Assembly (NCBI GenBank): GCA_030390025.1
Contig: CM059438.1
Span: 60,700,001 to 60,764,000, forward strand
DNA length: 64,000 nt
Source: Squalus acanthias
Taxonomy: Eukaryota
Direction: 5' to 3'
Made by a program: the position numbers and the translations under genes. A model generated the notes under the pieces. That model ran no database searches, was not told the DNA's origin, and saw only the letters and a list, made by a program, of their open reading frames with translations. Within the stretch, counting starts at the first letter, position 1; each line of letters begins with the position of its first letter. Positions 36,962-49,272 of the stretch are shown here, piece by piece.

Positions 36962-37358
36962 CAGCCTTTGCTCAGTGGTAGCACGCTTGCCTCAGAGTCA
37001 GAAGGAGGTGGGTTCAAACCCCACTCCGGGGACTTGAGCACATGATCCAGGCTAACATATTAGTGCAGTACTAATGGAGTGCAGCACTGCCGAGGTGGTG
37101 TTCTTTCAGATGAGATGTTAAACCAAGTCTGTCCTCTCAGGTGGACGTAAAAGATCCCTATTTGAAGAGTTCTCCCTGTATCGTAGTCAACATTAATCCC
37201 TCAACCAATTCCAGTAAAACAGATTACTGGCACTTTATTTTATTGTGGAACCTTGCTGTGCACAAATTTACAACAAGGACAACACTTCAAAAGTACTTAA
37301 TTGGCTGTAAACTTCTTTGAGATGTCCTGTGGTCGCTATATGTGTATAGCAAGTTCTT
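36962..37358 (+). mobile_element. Deu-SINE copy, diverged
   Basis: A/B boxes, core and tail. Confidence 0.75.
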
Positions 37359-39414
37359 TCGATTCCCAGCAGGAAGTCAAGAGTCTTCAGGAGAGATGGC
37401 TCAAAATTTTTAGTCCTGCACCACAGACTATTGTTGTCCCCAGTGCAGGTAAACTTTTAACCAATCTAATTCTATACATCATTAAGCAATCTGTGATGCA
37501 ACAGCAGAACACACTAGTCAACAAAAATTGGACATCCCTGAGCGTCCTGGCCCAAAGACGGACAGCCAAGTATAGCACAGCCTCACCTCTCTCCACCAAA
37601 CAATCTTGTGCTTCCGAGTGCAAGAAACATTGTAATGTGTAAGGAAAAATAATCAGAACATATTAAGTCAATTCCAGAACTTAGTTTAGTGCTTCACTCC
37701 AGGTCTCATTAGAAACACAGGAGATAAGAGTCAGACTGGTCCAAACATGTCCCAGTAGCCAGGTACTGGCTGAGCTACCTAAACCCAGAGCAGCTCAAAG
37801 CACAAATCTCAAGGAAGGAGTCTTTGCTTCACATTAGCTGTGTACGTGTCTCTCCACACACACTTATACAATTGAGCATGAAAATGCAAGGCAATCCTTG
37901 TTGTGTAAAAAGGCTTCAGAAATGATCCGTCCGTATCTTGGGACTGTTGAATAACTTTTTAATCCACACTCTATCTCTTTTTGGCAGCAAGTTTCTACTT
38001 TACAGCTTCTGGCACTTGATGTGGCTTTGGTTTCACAACACGAGTCATCGCTCGTGATCTCTGTCGCTGCCCAGCCTTTTAGCCACTTAAAAGCTAATCT
38101 CCACCCACCCTGGGGCGCCGTTCCAGAGCTAAACAGCAGGAAATTAAATTGCAAGGCTAGGGACTGGCAACCAGATGTATAAAGCAGATTTGCAGAGTTG
38201 GTGTGTTTGCACTTCCACGTACACAGTGAAAGGTCTCATTCAATTAGACAGCCTGGGGTGACAGTATCAGAAACAGCGCCCGTTCATTTGGAAAACTCAA
38301 GTTTGCAATCTTCCCTGACTAGTATTTGCAACCACAGGAAGAAAAGTACACTGACCACTCAAAGTGATGCTGTGAATGGTATAACGTTAGTGCGCCAGAC
38401 GAGTTTACTACACCAGGCACTCTTGCTCCATGGGTTATTTACCGAGCTTCCTTCAATTCAACGTCAGCAAGGCCAAGACCATCCAGCTCGACCCCAGCCA
38501 ATAACTCCCTGCCTGCTCACTCAGATGTGACCTGTGTGTCCTCTTTGATCCAAAGCTGAGCTTCAAACCCCACATCACAGCCACCAGCTATTTTTACAAC
38601 AGCCAACCCCCGCTCCCCCACTCCTCATGCTGCTGACACCCTTGCAGTTCCAGTAAGTGCAGGCAGCTAGTCCCATATATTTGCTCCACGCGTTTCTGTA
38701 TTACACAAAGTGCAACAACACGAGAGAGAACAACTCTCTCTCGTAAAAGGAGAGCGTGGCAACGAGACAAAGTTTAAAAGCTCATGACTGGAAATAGGAT
38801 GGAGAGAGAAAGCTGGGAAGGAAAGAATAGCAGGTTAAAAGGGACAACAGGTATAAAATTGTTTATTTTAGCAGTTCAGGATTAGCATCAAGGGATTCTT
38901 GATGTTTGAGTGCTTTCTTTACTGTAATAGCAGGGTTTATTTCAGTGTTGCAATATCTGAACTGAGAATTTTCAAAATCACCACCTGTGACCATGTCCTA
39001 TGGGCCTTGGCTCTAAGCCTACCCACCCCCTGCATTCTCCCCAAGTCACCACCTGCTCTATGGGCCTTGACCCATCACTTTGGTTTCTCAAAAGTAAAAC
39101 CCAGGAGCACATATAGAGCAGGACTGCTTTGAAGACAACTAAGAAGAGAGCACAAATCAGTCAGTGGAAAGCGCAATGGTGAAAGGTTGCAGAGACATGA
39201 ATCATTACAGGGCTAACTTCTCCGCCCAGTGGTAAATATTGACACTAAAGCTGAGCCACATTTCTCAAGCGTGTCAGCTTTGAAAAACAAATAAAATGCA
39301 CACTGCCAGGCAAACAGCGCAATGCAGCAGGTATTCCTGGGGAATCAGTACTAGACTACATCAGTACTCCTCCCCGACCAGTTACAGAGAGCTGGTCCCC
39401 ACAAACATAATGAA

Positions 39415-40047
39415 TCCTTCACATTTCCTCTCCATCACAAAGACCGCTGACTTCCACCTCCAGAACATCGCCCTTCTCCGCCCCTGCATCAGCCCATCTG
39501 CGCTGAAACCGTCATCCATGCTTGTTATCATCTCCAAAGTCGACTATTCCAATGCTCTCCTGGCCGGCCTCCCATCTTCCACCCTTCATAAACTTGAGCT
39601 CATCTAAAACTCTGCTGCCCATATTCGAACCCACAACTCCTGCTCGCTGACCTACACTGGCACCCAGTCCAGCAACGCCTCAATTTAAGAATGTTTATCC
39701 TTGTGTTCAAATCCCTCCATGGCCTCGCCTCTCCCAATCTCTGTAAACTCCTCCAGCCCTACAACCCTTCAAGAACTCTGCATCACCTCCTCCTTTCACC
39801 CCACAATTAGCAGCTGTGCCTTCAGCCGTCTAGGCCCGAAGCTCTGGAATTCCCTCCCGAAACCGCTTTGCCTCTCACTTACTTTAAGCCCCACCTTAAA
39901 ACTTCCTTCCTTCACCGAGCTTTTAGTCACCTGTCCTAATATCTCCTCCTTTTGTTCCGTATCAATTTTTTGTCTGATGACACGCTTGTGAAGCGCCTTG
40001 GGATGTTTTACTACCTTAAAGGCGCTATATAAATGCAAGTTGTTGTT
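39415..40047 (+). mobile_element. L2-clade LINE 3' end
   Basis: VDYSNALLAGLP, GPKLWNSLP, L2 tail. Confidence 0.85.
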
Positions 40048-40309
40048 CCACTTAGTTAGCGACTGGACAACCTGCTGTCATTGAGACGGGTAAATTATCC
40101 ATCCATTTCACAAGTTGGCGCTACCTTTCTTTGCTCTGGTCTCACCCCAACACACACAAACCGTGAATGTCTGGTTACTCTCAGACCTCTGGCAGCAAGA
40201 GCAGCCCCAGCAGTGACTCTCTCTCCCCACCACGATTTGCTTTATTTAGAGTTATGAAGTAAGTAGTGATAGCTTGTTTCCACTGGCCATAAAGTCAAGA
40301 TAATCACAG

Positions 40310-41030
40310 AAAGAATTACATAGGTGACTATCTTACATTTATGGCACCTAGAATTGGACTTCCCCACAAGTGCAAATATCTTCTCTACCCTATCAAACTC
40401 ACTCGTCATTTTAAAGACCTCTATCAGGTCACTTCTCATCCTTCGCTTTTCTAGAGAAAAGATCCCAAGCCTGTTCAGTCTTTCCTGATGGTTATAACCT
40501 CTCAGTTCTGGCATCACCCTTGTAAATCCTTTTTGCACCTTCGCCAGTACCTCTATATCCCCCTTATAATGTGGAGCCCAGAACTGTGCACAGTACTCCA
40601 AGTGTGGTCTCACCAAGGTTCTGTACAAGTTTAATATAACTTCTCTGCTTTTCAATACTATCCCTCTAGAAGTGAGACCCAGTGCTTTGTTTGCCTTTTT
40701 TTTTAAAGTGGCCTTATTAACCTGTGTCACTACTTTGTGATTTGTGTATCTGTATCCCTAGATCCATTTGCTCCTCTACTCCATTTAGACTCTTAAAGGT
40801 GAAGTCCTAAAAAAATCTTTATACAGATGGTGAGTAGAATGTGGAATTCTCTGCCTCAAGCTGTTATTAACCCAGTTTTAATAGCAATTAGATATTTGCT
40901 TGGGAAAGAGGAATATTGAAAATTATAGGGAGAGAGTGGGAGAAGACTAGGTGACTCAAATGAAGACAAACACTGCAGCAGATTTGATGGGCTGAATGGT
41001 CTGCTTCTGCAATGTAACATTCTATGATTC
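40310..41030. mobile_element. Diverged CR1 fragments (minus to ~40795, then plus-strand tail)
   Basis: [29 protein letters not shown]. Confidence 0.75.
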
Positions 41031-41509
41031 CAAAGCACCATACTGAACTGCGTAAAATCATAGAAGTCTTGACCAAAATAAATTTCTGATCTCCGCAAAT
41101 AAAGTTAATCGCACAATCACAGTCAGATTAATGTTGTGGATCAATGCGAGTGGCCCAAGGTCCATTCCCTGCTCGAAAATCATTTCAAAATCTGAAGGTC
41201 ACAAGGATGTACTGATTTAGAACACTGATAGCCACTACATTACATGAAATGCTTCTTTATCATTTATTAGGACATTTGTGGGTGACCTGTTTAGTTTATC
41301 CTTCCTTTTTAAAATATTTCAGTTATTTAGGTGGGATAAATTAATTCCTCTTCCTGCTCTGCTTCCAGATTAAAGTCCTTCCAAACAGTCTTTTCTCTGC
41401 TGTACTTTGTGTGGGGAACTGGTCCCAGTTTCAGCTACAATTTCCCTTCATCGTTTTATCTGAACTCGACAGTATAGCCTCACCCTGGACTTTCAACTCT
41501 CATGTCAGT

Positions 41510-41905
41510 TTGACATAATGGTTGCACGCTCATATCTCAAGTCAAAAGGTTGTGGGTTGAGACCTAGTCCAGGATTTGAGCATGTAATCTAGGCTGGCAC
41601 TTCAGTGCTGTACTGAGGGAGTGCTGCATTGGCAGAGATACTATCTTTGAGATAAGCCACTAAACTGAGATCAAGTCAGCCCCAAGTGCACATAAAGGAT
41701 CCGATGGCACTGAGAAGTGTCCCGATGTCCGAGCCAACACTTGCCCCTCAACCAACACAATAAGTGGTTCCCCTCTCACCCATTTGCTATTTGTTGGGCC
41801 TTGCTATGTGCAAATTTGCTGTCATGTTTGCCCTACATAATAAATGCCTACAGTTCAAAAGTAAATAATTGTTTATGAAGCATTTTGAGACATCCTGAAG
41901 ATGTG
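41510..41905 (+). mobile_element. Strongly diverged Deu-SINE
   Basis: gtactgagggagtgctgca and ccctcaaccaaca blocks. Confidence 0.6.
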
Positions 41906-43335
41906 AAATTTGCAATTTCTTTCACAGTCATTGTGGGGGAGGGGAGAGAGAGAGCACACAAAAACAAGGGGTGGAGAGGGAAAAGGACAGTGCAGGGAAG
42001 CAGAATGGAGAAAGTGTGCGTAAAGGGAGAGAGCTCGAAAGAGGAGTGGGGGAGCGCCAGAGCAGGAGGGAGTGCACTCAGGCGAGGGAGCAAGAGAGCA
42101 GAGGAACGGGGCAGCACGAGAGGCGGTGCGAGACCGAGCGGGACAGAGCGAAAGAGAGTGCAGAGGAGGATAGGTGCACTCTTGCCTTGGAGGCAAAAGA
42201 TTGCGAGTTCAAACCGCACTCCAGGACTACAATTCATAATGTAGGCCAACACTAAGGCAGTACTGAAGGAATGCCGCATGGCAGATGTGCTACCTTTCAC
42301 ACGAGACATATACCCAAGATAACACTCTAGGTTCATCTTGTCCGTGTCATTTCATACAATTTATATGCCTTGATAAGAATCTTCACTTATCTTCTCTCCA
42401 GACTGTCAAGTTCATGCTTCTCTAATCTTTCTGATAAAGCATTCCCCTTTGCATTTAGGACCAGTCTTGCTGCTCATCTTTGCACCTTCCTCAATGTATG
42501 TACGCCTCTTTTGAAATTCAGCAACCAGAGGTGTACACAGTGGTCTGACCAGCAAATTATGAAGTCTCAGCAAAACTTCTATAGTAATGACAATAATTCA
42601 ACTTAACGATGAAACAACCAATGGAGGAAAGAGACCATTTGCAAAGCAAGAGAGTATTTGAGCACAATGCATCTCGGCCACGGGGGGAAAGAGAAGAGAA
42701 TGCGGCTATCACATAATAGTTATTGAGTACAAAATTTAGAAGTCAGCAGGACGATAGTATATACAGTGGGATGACAAGAGTCCTGCTCGGGCAAGAGTAG
42801 TATCAGGCATCTGCAGAACAGGTAGATTATATCCTGCATTATACAAAGGAAAGAGTAGGCTAGCTGCCCTATAAAGTTTTGTCTTAACAGATAAAGAAGA
42901 GACATTCAGAACAAAAGGCATGGGCAACATTGCTAATCCACACTGGAGCCAAGAGGTTACAATTCTAGTTTGCTTGCTAGACACTACACAAAAATCAGGA
43001 AAGAACCCCCCCCCCCCCCGCCCCAGCGCACATGGGAAAGAAAGCAAACAAACATATGCAATCCTTACAGCTGCACAAATTGAGGGGTCTGGGTAACAGG
43101 AGTTCAGGTGCTGAAAAATCAATCTTCCCACATAAGTTGAATTCAGATTCTACCCCCAATGCAGATAAGACAGAAGTCGTTCCCAGAGACAAACCTGCTG
43201 AACATGTGCAACTCCCTCCCGGACATATATAATGAATCCATCCAAATACAGTCATCGCACACAATCTCTGCCAAATATAACACAAGTGAGAAGTCGCACA
43301 ACACCAGGTTATAGCCCAACAGCTTTATTTGAAAT

Positions 43336-43370
43336 CACAAGCTTTCGGAGCGCTGCTCCTTCGTCAGGTG
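43336..43370 (-). ncRNA. Minimal hammerhead ribozyme motif, intact
   Basis: CAC-CTGACGA-A-GGAGC-AGC-GCTCC-GAAAG-CTT-GTG; palindromic AGCU stem III. Confidence 0.8.
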
Positions 43371-43377
43371 AAAACTT

Positions 43378-43412
43378 CACCTGACGAAGGAGCAGCGCTC
43401 AGAAAGCTTGTG
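43378..43412 (+). ncRNA. Minimal hammerhead motif with the stem II closing pair mutated
   Basis: CAC-CTGACGA-A-GGAGC-AGC-GCTCA-GAAAG-CTT-GTG. Confidence 0.7.
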
Positions 43413-43938
43413 ATTTCAAATAAAGCTGTTGGACTATAACCTGGTGTTGTGCGACTTCTCACTTTTGTCCACCCCAGTCCAACACCGGCATCTCCACATC
43501 ATAAATATAACACAGCTCCAGTTTGAAGTTATACTGTTCCCCCTGCCCTTCCCACAGACGCCATCCTATATCTCAAGAGTTCACTGTGGCCCGACAACAA
43601 ACAGTTGTTCGGAATCCTACTCACCCCGGTGCTATTATTCATGGTTGCCTGTTGCTATGTGCCAGAGAATGTCAGTATTGCTGCAGGATCCCGATATCCA
43701 CTCCGTCATCTACTGACACGCTAATAAAGAAACTGGTTAATGTTTACTGAAAGCACAGAAGTCAAGACCAGTCGACATTGATAACTCGCTGCTGTTATCA
43801 CACGTCACTGTTCTAATGATGCAAATAGAACTGCAACCATCAATGGCTCAGGTTAACATGAACGCCACCTAATGCGGAACTGGGTGATACAGACCAGGAA
43901 AATCCCAGATCTGGTCCACAATCTGTGACAAACTAATT

Positions 43939-44309
43939 CAGAGTTGCCAACTCTGGGTGGACATATTCCCAGGGGATTCATCACGTGATGTCTGATCTCC
44001 GCCCCACCCCGCCCCCACCATTGATTGGCCGACAAGTCTATCCTCACAGCACCCAGCCATACCATTCCAGGAAAGCGAACAGACTGTTACCCAACTGGAG
44101 GATTCTTGACCATCAGTCAAACAGCCTTTTCTCCCCCAACTCCAATATTTTTATAACTAATGAACCAAAGTGTTCAAAGAAAATGAAAAAAACTTATTTT
44201 ATTTTAAATGCCCCTATAAATGTTCTCCCAAATTGCTTGCAGCAGTGTCTGGGAGATTAATCTTTAATTCCTGAGACTCCAGGACAATCCTGCAGGACTG
44301 GCAACCCTA
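43939..44309. mobile_element. Non-autonomous DNA transposon (hAT-like MITE)
   Basis: TIRs CAGAGTTGCCA / TGGCAACCCTA; CTAATT duplicated on both flanks. Confidence 0.65.
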
Positions 44310-44511
44310 CTAATTGAACCAGGGTAATGACAGGTGCATTACAAGTGGTCTTGTGCTAGGGAGGGTAAAAGTCAGCTTGGCTTCCCAATCAATAGTTATC
44401 TAGTCCCTCCTTGCTGGAAAGTGTACGTGAGTGGACGATGGGCAAGGACTAGGATCAAGATTAGTTGCGATGCCCTCAGTTTAAAAAGTCTACCAATACT
44501 CTCATCGACTA

Positions 44512-44697
44512 GTCTCAGTTGGTAGCACTCTCGCCTCTGAGTCAGAAGGTTGTAGGTTCAAGTCCCACTGCAAGGACTTGAGCATAAAATCTAGGCGGAC
44601 ACTCCCAGTGCAGTACTGACAGAGTGCTGCACGGTAGGAGGTGCTGTTTTTCGGATAAGACTCAGTTAAACCAAGGCCCCATCTGCCCTCTCAGGTG
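44512..44697 (+). mobile_element. Deu-SINE 5' half
   Basis: tRNA-like head and core up to ctcaggtg, abutting a CR1. Confidence 0.8.
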
Positions 44698-46525
44698 ATC
44701 ACCTCTCATTCTTCTAAACTCGAGAGAATATAGGCCTAGTCTACTCAATCTCTCCTCATAGGACAATCCCCCCATTCCAGGAATCAGTCTGGTGAACCTT
44801 CGTTGCACTCCCTCTGTAGCAAGTATATCTTTCCTTAGGTAAGGAGACCAAAACTGTACACAATACTCCAGGTGTGGTCTCACCAGGGCCCTATATAATT
44901 ACAGTAAGACGTCTTTACTCTTATACTCCAATCCTCTTGTAATAAAGGCCAAAAGTACTATTTGCTTTCCGAATTGCATGCTGTACCTGCATGTTAACTT
45001 TCAGTGATTCGTGTACAAGGACACCCAGGTCCCTCTGAACACCAACATTTCCCAATCTCTCACCATTTAAAAAATACTCTGCTTTTCTATTTTTCCTACC
45101 AAAGTGGATAACTTCACATTTCTCCACATTATATCCCATTTGCCATGTTCTTGTACACTAACTTAGCTTGTCTATATCCCCATGAAGCCTCTTTGCATCC
45201 TCCTCACAACTTACATTCCCACCGAACTTTGTATCAGCAAACCTGGATATATTACATTTGGTCCCCTCATCCAAATCATTGATGTAGATTGTGATTAGCT
45301 GAGGCCCAAGCACTGATCCTTGCGGTACCCCACTAGTTACAGACTGCCAACCCTGAAATGACCCGTTTATTCCTACTCTCTGTTTTCTGTCTGTTAACCA
45401 ATTCTTAATCCATGCTAGTATATCACCCCCAATCCCATGAGCCCTAATTTTTTTTTGAATAATCTCTTCTGTGGCAACTTATCGAATGCCTTCTGAAAAT
45501 CCAAATACACCACATCCACTGGTTCCCCCTTATCTATTCTGCTAGTTACAACCTCAAAAAACTCTTACAGATATGTCAAATATGGTTTCCCTTTCATAAA
45601 TCCATGTTGACTCTGCCCAATCCTATTATTATTTTCTAAGTACCCTGTTACCACGTCCTTAATAATAGATTCTAGCATTTTCCCTACTACTGATGTCAGG
45701 CTAACTGGTCTGTAGTTCCCAGTTTTCTCTCTCCCTCCTTTCTTAAATAGTGGGGTTACATTTGCTACCTTCCAATCTGCGGGAACCGTTCTAGAATCTA
45801 TTAAATTTTGGAAAATGATAACCAATGCATCCACTAGCTCTACAGCCATCTCTTTCAAAACCCTAGGATGTAGGCCATCAGGTCCAGGGGATTTATCAGC
45901 TTTCAGTCCCACTAATTTCTTCAGTAATATTTTTTTACGAATACTAATTTCTTTACAGTTCCTCATTCTCGCTAGACTCTTGGTTCTCCACTATTTCCGG
46001 GAAGTTTTTTGCATCTTCTTCCATGAAGACAGACAAGGTATTTGTTTAATTTCTCTGCCATTTCCTTATTCCCCATTATAATTTCTCCCGTCTCCGCCTG
46101 TAAGGGACCCACACGTAATTTCGCTAATCTTTTCCTTTTTACATACCTATAGAAGCTTTTACAGTCTGTTTTTATGTCTCTCGCTAGTTTACTCTCATAT
46201 TCTATTTCCCTTTATCAATTTCTTGGCCCTCCTTTGCTGAATTCTAAACTCTTCAGGCTTACTACTCTTTTTGGCAACATTATAAGCCTCTTCCTTTGAT
46301 CTAATACTATCTTTAACTTCTCTTGTTATCCACGGTTGGACCACTTTTCCTGTGGGGTTTTTGTGCCTTAAAGGAATGTATATTTGTTGTAAATTATGTA
46401 TTAATTCTTTACATGCTAGCCATTGCTTCTCTACCATCATGCCTTTTAATGTAGTTTCCCAATCTACCTTAGCCATCTCGCCCCTCATACCTACATAATT
46501 TGCTTTGTTTAGATTCAAGACCCTA
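44698..46525 (-). mobile_element. CR1-clade LINE ORF2 remnant
   Basis: [50 protein letters not shown]. Confidence 0.92.
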
Positions 46526-47059
46526 GATGTGGACTGCCCACATTGTTCAGGATAAACTACCAGTAGAGTTTATTACAATAAAGAAATAGACACAGAAGCA
46601 AAAATAAACCAGCTGATAAACAGTACTGCAGTGCTTGGCGTACTCTGATACATTAATCTGGTAGCCAAAGCCAAAATGAAATGTTTGCGCTTAGAATACT
46701 TTAACCGGTTTGTTTGGCGTTTCTTTTGACGTCTGTCTCACCACAGAAGCAAGTGAACTAAAGATGGAGAAAAAGCCAGTTTCTGACACCTCAGACCAAA
46801 AGCAGAGCCTTCACAACATGCAAATGTTTTACAGGAAGTACCAAATCCACTCAATAATCTTTTAATGAATGATGTCATGTTTGGATTTGAAATGAAAACC
46901 ATCCTGAGGAGTACAGACATGAGGCAAAGCCTATTGGAATTTCATCTAGCATAGCACCTCCTTTTAATGGCTGTTAAATGGGTGGGACTGCCCTCGCCTA
47001 GTTCCATTCTTATCTGTCCAGTCGTAGTCAGAGAATCACCTGCAATGGCTTCTCTTCCC

Positions 47060-48100
47060 ACACCCGTACCATTTTCTCTGGAGTCCCCCAAGGGACTATC
47101 CTTGGCTCCCTCCTAATTCTCATCGACATGCTGCCCCTCGGCGACATTATCCAAAAACACAATGTCAGAATCCACATGTATGCTGACGACACCCAGCTCT
47201 ACATCACCACCACCTCTCCCGACCCTCCACTGTTTCTGATTTGTCACACTGTTTGACCAACATCCAGTACTGGAGGAGCAGAAATTTCCTCCAACTAAAT
47301 AATGGGAAGACCAAAGCCACTGCCTTCGGTCCCCACCAAAAGCTCAGTTCCCTAGCCACTGACTCCATCCCTCTCCCTGGCCACTGTCTGAGGCTGAACC
47401 AGACCGTTCATACACTTGGCGCCGTATCTGACCCCGAGATGAGTTTCCCGCAACACATCCGCTCCATCACCAAAACCGCCTACTTCCACCTCCGTAACAT
47501 CACACGTCTCCGACCATGCCTCAGCTCATCTGCTACTGAAACCCTCATCCATACCTTTGTTATGTCTAGACTTGACTATTCCAATGCTCTCCTGGCTGGC
47601 CTCCCATTTTCCACCCTCCATGAACTTGAGCTCATCCAAAACTCTTTTGCCCGTGTCCTAACTCGCACCAAGTCCCGTTCACCCGTCATCTCTGCTTGCT
47701 GACCTACATTAGCTTCTGGTCCGTTAACGCCTCAATTTTAAAATTCTCATCCTCGTTTCCAAATCCCTCCACGGCCTCGCCCCTCCCTATCTCTGTAACT
47801 TACTCCAGCCCCACAACCCACCATGATCTCTGCTCCCCTACAATTCTAGCCTCTTCCGCATCCCCAATTTTAATGGCTCCACCATTGGCAGCCGTGCCTT
47901 CAGCTGCATAGGCCCTAAGCTCTGGAATTCACTTCCTAAACCTCTCCGCCTCTCTCCTCCTTTAAGACTCTCCTTAAAACCTATCCGTCACGTGTCCTAA
48001 TATCTGCTTATGTGGTTCGGTGTCAAATTTTGTTTGAAAATGCTCCTGTGAAGCGCCTTGGAACGTTTTACTACATTAAAGGAGCTATATAAATACAAGT
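47060..48100 (+). mobile_element. L2-clade LINE 3' portion
   Basis: GVPQG, YADDTQLY, FLQLN, SRLDYSNALLAGLP, L2 tail. Confidence 0.9.
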
Positions 48101-48847
48101 TAACAACCGCAGACAATTAGTTCACGTCTGCCTTTATCCAGCATTGTGCATTCACTCTATGCACAGGCCCGCAAGACAAGGGCGAAAATAAGTTTTACCA
48201 GAAAGAGTAGCAGTTGTTCAATTTTTAAAATCTCAGCCTACAATTTCTCATGAACAAGATGAGATACAGAAATCTCTTATAACATGTTGCAGAAGGAGGC
48301 CATATCCATCGCAAACACAAAATTATTAGCTAAGAAACCTTACAGGCAGAGTGCAGTTACACAATTACAAAGTTACAGTACAGGGCATTATCCTCAGACT
48401 GGCATTCAAACGCAGTCAGAGCAGTACAAGTTGAATTTTGCAAGTTAAATAAGGGTTTGCTAAAATTTTCAGCTGAAATACACAAAACCAAGGTTTGCTT
48501 AATCCAAAAAGCAAAAATCTGCAGAGGTTGGAAGTAAAGTAAAAACACCATGTTGGAACACTGGCAGGGCAGTTTCCATTTTGCACGTGTGAGAGTTCAT
48601 CTACATGGTAGTGAAGGACTCAAATTCCCTTGGTCTCAATACAGTTTCACATTTGAACAACCAAATGCTCTTGGGTTTGCAGCTGGGGACTCGTGGATCA
48701 TCAGCGAGCTTTCTTCTAAACGGAAATACTGGTGTTGGAGGAAATTTGCGCTTGTACTTCTGACCACCTGTCTCCCCATCCCAATATTTAAGCCCTGAAC
48801 AAGACCAATCTCTTTTATAGCAAACCCCAATTCAAATACTCCTTTGC

Positions 48848-49272
48848 ATCAGAAGGTTGTGGGTTCAAGTCCCACTCCAGGAACTTGAGCACAAAAATCT
48901 AAGCTGACGCCCCAGTGCAGTGCTGAGGGAGTGCTGCACTGTCAGAGGTGCTGTCTTTCGGATGAGACGTTAAACCGAGGCCCCGTCTGCTCTCTCGGGT
49001 GGACGTAAAAGATCCCATGACACTATGTCGAAGAAGAGTTGGGGAGTGCTCCCCGGTGTCCTGGGCAATATTTATCCCTCAATCAACATCACTAAAACAG
49101 ATTATCTGGTCATTATCACATTGTTGTTTGTGGGAGCTTGCTGTGCACAAATTGGCTGCCGCGTTTCCTACATTACAACAGTAACTACACTTCAAAAAGT
49201 ACTTCATTGGCTGTAAAGCGCTTTGGGACGTCCGGTGGTCGTGAAAGGCGCTATATAAATGCAAGTCTTTCT
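48848..49272 (+). mobile_element. Deu-SINE copy
   Basis: Highly similar to 4549-4978. Confidence 0.88.

Larger units (their letters stand above)
43285..43502. mobile_element. Palindromic non-coding mini-element with a hammerhead motif in each arm (Penelope-associated type)
   Basis: 89-bp inverted arms (43284-43372, 43376-43464) with 2 mismatches; 12-bp TSD AAATATAACACA at 43273-43284 and 43503-43514. Confidence 0.85.

Noticed and set aside
41930..42175. GA-rich stretch with overlapping ORFs, as an exon or SLC31A1 promoter
   Set aside because: Low-complexity purine tract between SINE remnants; no convincing promoter or splice motifs
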